In this document: positions 51,501-60,500 of the stretch, in pieces
Layout of the letters: the number at the start of each line of letters is the position of its first letter
Numbering within the stretch: the first letter of the stretch is position 1
From: Vicugna vicugna
Lineage: Eukaryota
Reading direction: 5' to 3'
DNA: 64,000 nucleotides
Assembly (NCBI GenBank): GCA_013265495.1
Contig: MU058292.1
Coordinates: 1-64,000 of the forward strand
Program-made: the position numbers and the translations under genes
The notes under the pieces: model-generated
What the model saw: the letters and a program-made list of their open reading frames with translations, nothing else
Told to the model about the DNA's origin: nothing
Databases searched by the model: none

Positions 51501-54500
51501 GTGAAGACTTTCATCTATTTGAGCACACATGGAAATGCTAAAGACACTGGTAGATCTGACTGTACAAAGACATTAACATATTATCATTAATATGACCACA
51601 ATACAGCAAAAAGACAAAATGAAAAAGCATATCTGTTATAATTTATAGAGAAAAAGTAATACACTTATCACACAAAATTCTGAAAATCAGCAGGAAGACA
51701 ATCCCTCTCCACTAGACGAAAAGGAAAACAGGCAGATACACCCACAAGTGAACTGGTGAATAAAGAAATCCCACTGCCAAGAAAGCACGTGTAAAGAGCC
51801 CCAAACCACCAGGGATCCAGAAGCACACGTTGAAGTATGAGACAGAAGTTTTCATTGATCATAATGGAAAATTTTTTTAAATGATCACAGGAATGCTGGG
51901 AAAAATAAGAGACGGTATCTGTCAGTGGGAACAACAATGGATGTAACTTTTAGAAGAGTAACTTGGCAACATGCATGAAGCTGACTTCATCAATTCCACT
52001 TCCAGGAAGCTCAGTTTCTCTTCATATATTTTACTAATTTCCCTGCTTTCACAACTATGAAAAATGAAAAAGCTGCAAACAAAAAAATAAAGTACTAATT
52101 TCAACTAATCATGTTGTTCAATCCAGTTCTGAGCCTGAGCACACGTCCCTCAAGGCCACCTTTTCCTAGAAACTAAAATGGAGACTGAATTCATTTTAAT
52201 CTATAGAATTAGTTATCCCAACCAAATCTGCCTTTCTTAAGAGTAATCACATTAAAAACAAAGGGTCGTAAATGAGGATATCTATACCTTCTGTAAACAA
52301 AACTTTCTCCTAAATGACAAAGATTAGACTTTCTGCTGTTTAAGGCCAATATTAGGTGGTACCGGCCATAAAAGAAACATGGCAAAACAACATGGCTTGA
52401 GAAACAAGCCAGATACCAGTGCCCAAGAGCAGAGTGGACACATCCTGCTCGCCAGTGGTAGAGGCAATAACAAATTCTTATCCACTCAACACTGCCCAGC
52501 AAAGAATGGTGCTTCCCTCTGCATAAACAAGTGCTGAGTGACAGGGTCCCACAACCAGAGCTCACCCTCACCAGGCTCTAAGGTGTTATTTTGGCCTTTC
52601 AAACTGGAAGGAGAAAACGCAGCCTAAAAAAGAAAGTGAAACTCACAGAAACAAAACAGATTGGGGGTTGGTGAAGGGGTGGGTTGGGGAAGTGGGGGAA
52701 GGGGGTCTAAAGGTACATACTCCCAGTTATAAGATAAAAAAGTCCTGGGACATAATGGTGACAATAGTTAGCAACTGTATGTTATGTATTTCAAAGTTGG
52801 CAAGAGAGTAGATTTAAAAGTTCTCATTACAAGAAAAAACATGTGTTAACTGATTGTGGTGATCATTTCACAATACATACAAATAGTGGCCGTATACTGT
52901 ACACCTGAAACTTTTATGTTCCATGTCAATCATATCTCAGTAAAACTGGAAAAAAATAAATTGGAAAACAAAGTAAGCTCAATCCGCCATGTGACCACAG
53001 GAGTGGAAGAGAAAATTCAAGTCACCTGATTGCTACCTTCGTGGGGGCCACGTAGACGACCACCCCTTCATCGCCCTGGAAGACTCCCCATCCCCGTGGA
53101 CATGCCCTGATGGGGGCCACATTCATGACCACCCCCTGGTCACCCTGGGCAATCCCCCCATCCCCAGGGCCCTACCTTGGTGGGGGCCACGTACACAACC
53201 ACCCCCTCATCGCTCTCTCGCAGCACCTTCTCCATGCAGTAGTAGGAGGCGTGGGTCTTCCCTGAGGATGTGGGGGCTACGATGACTGCTGACTCATTAT
53301 TGTCCACGACATCCAGGAGCTCCCTCTGCAGGGTTCAGAGCACCGTTGTGTCAATACCATGAACAGCACGTTATCAAAACAAATACGTAATCCACTCAGA
53401 TGAGTGGCTGGGAGCTGAGACCACAGGGTGAGCTGTACCAGAGAGCATCTGAAGGACTCACGGGGCTCTCCCCCAGCAGACAACCACAATGCTTTCCAGC
53501 ACCTGGGGGCGGGCTTGTGTGTGAAGTGCCGAGAGTGAGTTTGAACCAAGTACCTCGTCCATGTGGAGATCTTCCTTCTGGTTACTCATCACTAAGTGCA
53601 CAACGGCTCTGAAAAATGAGGATCTAAGAAGGAGCCAAAGTGCGTCTTTGTGACAGGGAGAAAGTAGTGAAGGAGAAGAAACATCAATGACTAATAATTT
53701 CACTACCTATCTTCTACTTTCTAAAGAGAACACCAGGTCCTTACACTGGAGGTGTGTGGGACCTTCATTAAAACAGGCTCACAGCCATTCAGCCCATGCT
53801 TTTATTCCTTGAAATGATGCCCAGTCACAGAACCATAAGCCTGTGTGATGGGCAGAAGGTGAAAGAACACCCCCAAGCCCCATCCCATTCACTCCCTGAG
53901 CCAGGTCCACACCCCAGAGTGAAGCAGGCACAGAACTGCAGGGCGTGAGGGATGCGAGGGGAGCCCCCCACTGAGCCTGCACTTGAGGAAGGCAGGCTCT
54001 GGTTCTCCCTCTCCTGAACAACAAGCAGGGACTTTGAGGCACCTTCCACCATCAACACAAGGAAGACAAAGCCCGGATCTGCAGAAAACAGTCTATTAGA
54101 CTGCACCTGTCAAACTCCACTCTTGTAGGGAAACATTTAATTTATAAGGTTCAAGGCAGTCTTATAAGGTTGAATCAATGCAGAAACACACAGTTTTACC
54201 CCAAATTTTATACCCATCAATATTAATTTTACATTACTTGTAGAAGAGCTACCCTGGCACAGGTGCCACGTGTAAACATCCAAACACTTTTCTATACTGC
54301 TTGGACTCCCAAATGTCTCTGTGCACACATCTGTATTCATACAGGAAATCCTACTGACACTGGAAAACCCTGGGGCAGCTCTGTAACGATACAGCTGGAT
54401 GACACAGAACTTCAAATATACACACAAGAATCCATCACAGCACCTCCAGGAAAATAGTCTGTTTATGAAAAATGAACGAAATGAAAAATTCACTTTCTCT

Positions 54501-57500
54501 ACATGGGAAAAAAGTCTACATTTGACATTTTCAGTGACAGAATCATTTTCAATGGCATGACTCAATATGAAGAAGTTGATGCCAAACATGGTGTGCAGAG
54601 CCACAATAATGAGAAGTTCCTCAGATCAAATTTAATGATAAAACACAAAAATGTCCATTTCATTCAGTCATTACCTGCCAAGTGTCAGGAATAAAGTCCT
54701 GAACCCTGGGGTCTGGGTCTTTCCTCTCCTCTCGTACCAAATACTGGCCCATGTGCTGCAGCTGAAACCGAACTGGCCCAATGCCAACTGAGTATTTATT
54801 CTTTTTCTTCTCTTTTATGTCATTTCCTGTGACCTGTGATATTATTTTAAAAGTCCATTTTGAAAGTGATTTTAAATTATACCATTTAACAGATACACCC
54901 TGCTATATATAAAATAGACAAACAACAATGTCCTACTGTATAACACAGGGAACTACATTCAATTTCTTGAAGTAACATACAATGGAAAAGAATCTGAAAA
55001 AAATATGTATATATGTATGTGTATGTATAACTGAATCATTTTGCTGTACACCTGAAACTGACACTGTAAATTAACTATACTCCAACAACAAAAAAGAAAA
55101 GACCTACCATTTGTCACTTGGATTCTTGGCATTGTTTTTTAAACCACGTTTGCTAAAATGTACAGCTTTAGAACACAAAAATTACATCATTTAAATGATT
55201 AAAATATTATTTTTAATAAAATAATTAAATAATTTTATGAGAAAAGCACCCACACCTTTTAGATTTGTATATTTATTGAAGAAATATTTTCCCACCTAAA
55301 TCATCACCTTAACTAAGAGTAAATAATTAGCAGACATCAAGATTTTCACATGCCTACCATGATATTTGAGCTAGTCTGATATAAAGACAACTGAGCAATC
55401 ACAGTACAGCTTTTAAATGTTTTGCTAGAATCAAACACAGGACCGATTTTAAAGGTCTGCAGAGATTATCTGGCATTTAATTTGTCTGTCCAGACGAGCA
55501 TCTGCACAATTTTCTAACTCTGGATTACTTCAAGTTGGGGCAGCTAGATTACTAACAATGATTAAGAACTTAGAGTAAATATTTTCAGTAAAAAAAAATC
55601 TAAAAGAGGTCATGGTGTCTACAAGACACTTTATGTACACCTAATAACTAAAGTGGAGCTATTCTGAAAGCATTACCTGGGATGGATGCACAGAACTTGC
55701 CAACTCCTCAAATCCTAAATACCTAAGGCATCTGGCTATGAGTTGTTGGTCTGCCTCTTGCAAAAGTTCTGGGTACTTTTCCATCACAGAGTGGATCCTC
55801 TTCATCATTTGAACAGCTATACTTATATCTTTTGTGGTTTCACCTGGGCAAAGAACAAACAGCAAAACTGTTTTAAAGCCCATCAAAAGCAATAAATATT
55901 TGATTATCCAAGGTTAGTCATCAGGCTACCAATCTGACCCAATTAAATTCACTGTCTAAGCATTAATGGAGGTTTGGGAGTACAGACAACGGAATAAAAT
56001 TAAATGTTGTAAGAGCAACTACACACACTTCATCATCTCCACGGATAATTGCAATGTAGCTGCCTGAGTGCCGGAGGAAAAGAAACACCTTGTAGTTCAT
56101 GGTAGAAAAAAGATCATCAAAGCCCGAGTTTGTATAAATTCTGGGGAACAAATCTCTTCTCCATCCATTATTTTCATTCCTTCTCTACTGTGTTCAAAGA
56201 AAAATAATCAGCTGACTTTAAATATCTGGTTAAAACCTTGGCAACATTTTTTGAATCCTAATGGTGGCCTAATGGGTAAGTACGTGGCATGATCATTGCA
56301 GCCTTTTCATTCCCTCAGCCTGTTACAACTTCCAGCCCCCAATTTGTGACCCCACCACTTCCTCACAGTCCCACACATCCCTCCTGCTCCTCCTCACTGC
56401 TGACCTTCTCCTGCGCTACCTGTCAGAGCTGTTTTGATTCCACCTTTCTTTCCATCACCCTACATTTTATCTATTTAACAAATATTGCCAGACACCTACA
56501 GATGCTATAAAGGCTACAAAACACACTTAATCCAGAATTCTCACTGCCCAGGAAGGTAAGCCACTGCTAACCCTCAGCCCCTTACTAGCAGCCAACTGCA
56601 AATCCTGACGCAGTGTCTGAGTGAGCGCTACACAGGCCAAGTCATGTGCTTCTCACGGTGATGAAGGCCACAGTGAAAGGCTAACTTTGCTCAACAGACT
56701 GAAGTTGGTAGAACGAGAAGGAAAAAAGAACCTGGCAGCCACGTGTGCAACAGACTCCAGCATGGAGAGAATGGAGAGTCAGACCAGTGAGGTGCAGGAG
56801 AGAGCTGTCCATCCAGAGGCATCAGGCACCTGGTTGTCGCACCTCCTGTCAACTTGCACATCTCCACCCTGCCTGATTTCTCCATCACCTGCCTCTTCCT
56901 GCCTCTCCCATTCCTTTCTGCCATCTACTGTAGCAGCAGTAAAGCAAAGCATGTGGAAACCACAGCCACTTTTGGAAGGACTCAGCAAGCCAGGCAAACA
57001 AGATCCACGCTCCACTCAGAAAGAAAAAGTCTGCAGCTGAGATCTGAGATGAAGGACAGACCCTCCTCAGGAAACTCACCGTCTCGGCTGGTCCCCTGAA
57101 CCACGCCCACAGTTCTGTACGCGGTTATCTGTAGACCTAACTTTGCCTGTAATTTGATTTGAATTCACTTATGAATGTGCTGTATATTTAACTGCTACTG
57201 GGGCCCTCTCTGAAAGGTCAGCACTCATTGACAAAATAGAGAAAATCAGCCTTAGAGGAACTCTGCAAGGAGAAAATGACATAATGCACCTAAGGCTTCT
57301 CCCACAAATTTCCACTTAATAAGGGACAGCTGTCATCATTCCATTTTTATTTCTTCTCCAATTTATTAAAGCAAACAAATGAGCATCCACTCACACACCT
57401 TTCCCTCGGCAATGCTCTTTCCACGCTTTCAAGCAGGCCTTTAAGCCTACCATTTCTACCCGAAATTTCACCGAGCTACTTGTACACGATTTCAGAAAGT

Positions 57501-60500
57501 CTTCCAGGTTCTTTATTCCAGAGCTCAAATTCTCTTGCATCTCTTCCTCAATAGAAAATGACAGGACATCCCATTTTTTCTCTTCTTTTTGCTCCTCCTT
57601 GGCAAGTAACCTCTTCTTATTCTCTCTAGTGATTATTTCAGCCTTGGTCTCCTGCCCAAAAAAGAAAGAATCGTCTCATAAAACAAGTTAGCAATATGAA
57701 TGAGATGGTATTTTTAAGTAAGTGTATACTAATTATTTTGACCACCCTCTTATTCTTGAAAAGGCACACTTTTTGGTTCACTGTCTGTTTCTTAAAATTG
57801 AAGCCTCTGTGAACTGAATACTGTGGAAACCCACCTGGATGACAGTAAAGCCCCTGAAGAGCATCTCCTAGATTTGAGTGCTGTAGGTTATCAGCCGAAG
57901 AGCAAATGGGCCTCCTGTCTCCCACTCTCTCAGGGACTGGTTTTCCTCTCCTACCCGCCAGGGTCACCCCCGACCCTTACGTGTCCATCAAGATGCTTCT
58001 TCCACAGAACCTCTCCCAACTCTTCAAGCCCAAGTCCTGTGCCCCCTCCGCCCAGCATCTCTACAGAAGCCTCATCACGCACAGGGCCACCATGACCCTA
58101 TGCGCCGTGCTGTATCTCCAGATTACTTTCCCTGAGACAGTTGTTGTTGGGTCCCAAGCACAGAAGATGTAGCTCAGACTGTCTGACGAGTGAGTGAAGA
58201 CGGGCAAGAGCACAAAGGGAAGGAGGAAGGAGAAGGAACAAGTTAAACGAGCAGGTCTGCTCCATCTGGACAAGCATTTCTGACCTACTTAAACACAACA
58301 GGGATCCACTTCTGATATGTTGTTACCAACCTGACTTACTCATCTGCAGAGAAAATCAGAGAACCGTTGCACCCGTAGAGAATTCTGACAAACCTCCCAC
58401 TGCGCTGGTCAGCCATGATACCAGTATCTAAGCCTTGCCTGTAATGAAGTCATTTTAGTTTCATCACTTTCTTAGAGTTCAGTTCTCATCAATGGGTCAT
58501 CTTCAGTGCTCTGGTCTCCCAGAGGTACTGTCCCAGGTGGAGCTAGCATGGCTCTGTCTCAAGGGGACAAGGTGACCCTTGGCTCTTTGCCACACAGTGC
58601 TTGTTTTAGCTAGAACATGCAGACTTACTAAACTGTTGCTGGAAGAGAACATTTATACAGTGTGAAGGTTGTTTAATCCCCATGAGATAATTTAATTTCC
58701 GATAGTGTAAAAGAAAGAAAAGCATGAGATGTTTTTTCAGTCTTTATACCTTACACTATATAATGGGAATTTGTGCAAACTTTCTATTTTATAACATCTC
58801 TCAAAAAAAAAAAAAAACAAAACCCAGAAGAAGCTTTTTTTGTAGCCCTAAATAAAAAAGGCACAGTTGTCATTGGGTGGTCTCACTAACAATAAAATTG
58901 GCTATGAAAATAAAAAGAAGGGGGTCACCACAAGGAGAAAAACAAGACCACCCGGCTGGGCCTGGGGAGGCTACTTTTTGACTATTAAAGCAAAAGTCTC
59001 TGCTTCTGCTCAGATACATTTTTTTTTAATTTCAGATATAAAAATAAAGTTGTAAGATATTGAAAGTGTGCATCATGGTGACTCGATATACACTGTGGAA
59101 GGGTCCTCCCCATTGAGTTAATTAACCCATCCATCACCTCGTATATTTATCTTTCAGAGAGGGGAAGGAGAGAACATTTAAAATCTACTCTCTTTGCAAA
59201 TCTCAGTGGTGTGATGTAATGCTGCCAGCTCCAGTTGCCACATGATACATTAGCTCCTGAGACCCTGCTCTTCTCAGAGCCGAGAGCCAGTCCCCTTTCA
59301 CCAGACCCACCCTAGTTCCCCACCCCTGAGCCTGGAGCCATCTTTCTACTCTCTGTTCCTATGAGCTTGGCGTGTTTTTCTTTCACATTCCATATGTAAG
59401 TTCTACCACGCAGTATCTGCCTCCCTCTGACCTCTAGGTTCATCCGTGTGGTCACAAATGGCAGAATTTCCTCCCTATGACTCAATACTATTCCAATATG
59501 TACATGTATCTACCACATCTTCTTCATCCACTCATCCCTTGGTGGACACTTCCACTGGTTCCGTATCTGGGCTGCTGTAAGTAATGCTGCAATGGGCACG
59601 GGTGTGCAGAGAGAGCTTCCATATCCTGTTTTCCTTTCTGGAATACCCAGAAGTGGGGTTGCTGGATCATATGGCAGTTCTATTTTTAATTTTTTTGAGG
59701 AAACTCCATACTGTTTTTCACAGGGGCTGCACCAATTTACATTCCTAACAGTGCACGAGGGCTCCCTTTTCTCCATGTCCTCACCAACACTTATCATCTC
59801 TGGTCTTTTGATGATGGCCATTCTGACATGTGTGAGGTGGTATCTCACTGTGGTTTTGATTTGCATTTTCTTGATGATTAGTCATGTTGAGCACATTTCC
59901 ATGAACCTGTTGGCCATCTGCATGTCATCTTTGGTTAAATATCTATTCAGTCACTCTGACATTTTTTAACCCAACTGTTCATTTTTTAGCTATTGAGTTT
60001 TATGAGTTCATCACACATTTTAGATGTTAATCCTTTATCAGATACATGATTTGCAAATATTTTCTCCCATTTTGTAGGCTGCCTTTTTTTTTTTTGATGG
60101 TCTCCTTTGCTGTGCAGAATCTTTTTAGTAGTCCCACTTGTTTATTTCTGCTTTTGTTACCTTTGCTTTTGGTGTCAGAGCCAAAAACTCACCGCCAAGA
60201 CCAATACTAAGGAACTTATCACTTATGCTTTCTTCTAGGACTTTTATGCCAATACTATGCTGTTTTGATTACTATAGCCTTAGTAACATAGCTGGAGACA
60301 GGGAGTGTGATGCCTCCAGATTTGTTCTTCTTCTTCAAGATTGTTTTGGGTATTCAGAGTGTTTTATGGCACCATACAAATTTTAGGATTGTTTGCTCTA
60401 TTTCTGTGGAAAATGCCATTGGTATTTTGATAGGGATTGCATTCAATCTGTAGATTGCATTGGGTAGTAAGGACATTTTAACAAGGAGAATTCTTCCAAT

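Noticed and set aside
53037..53214. CRISPR-like repeat-spacer array
   Set aside because: Mammalian intron; the repeats are copies of exon sequence, the spacers resemble each other, and there are no cas genes
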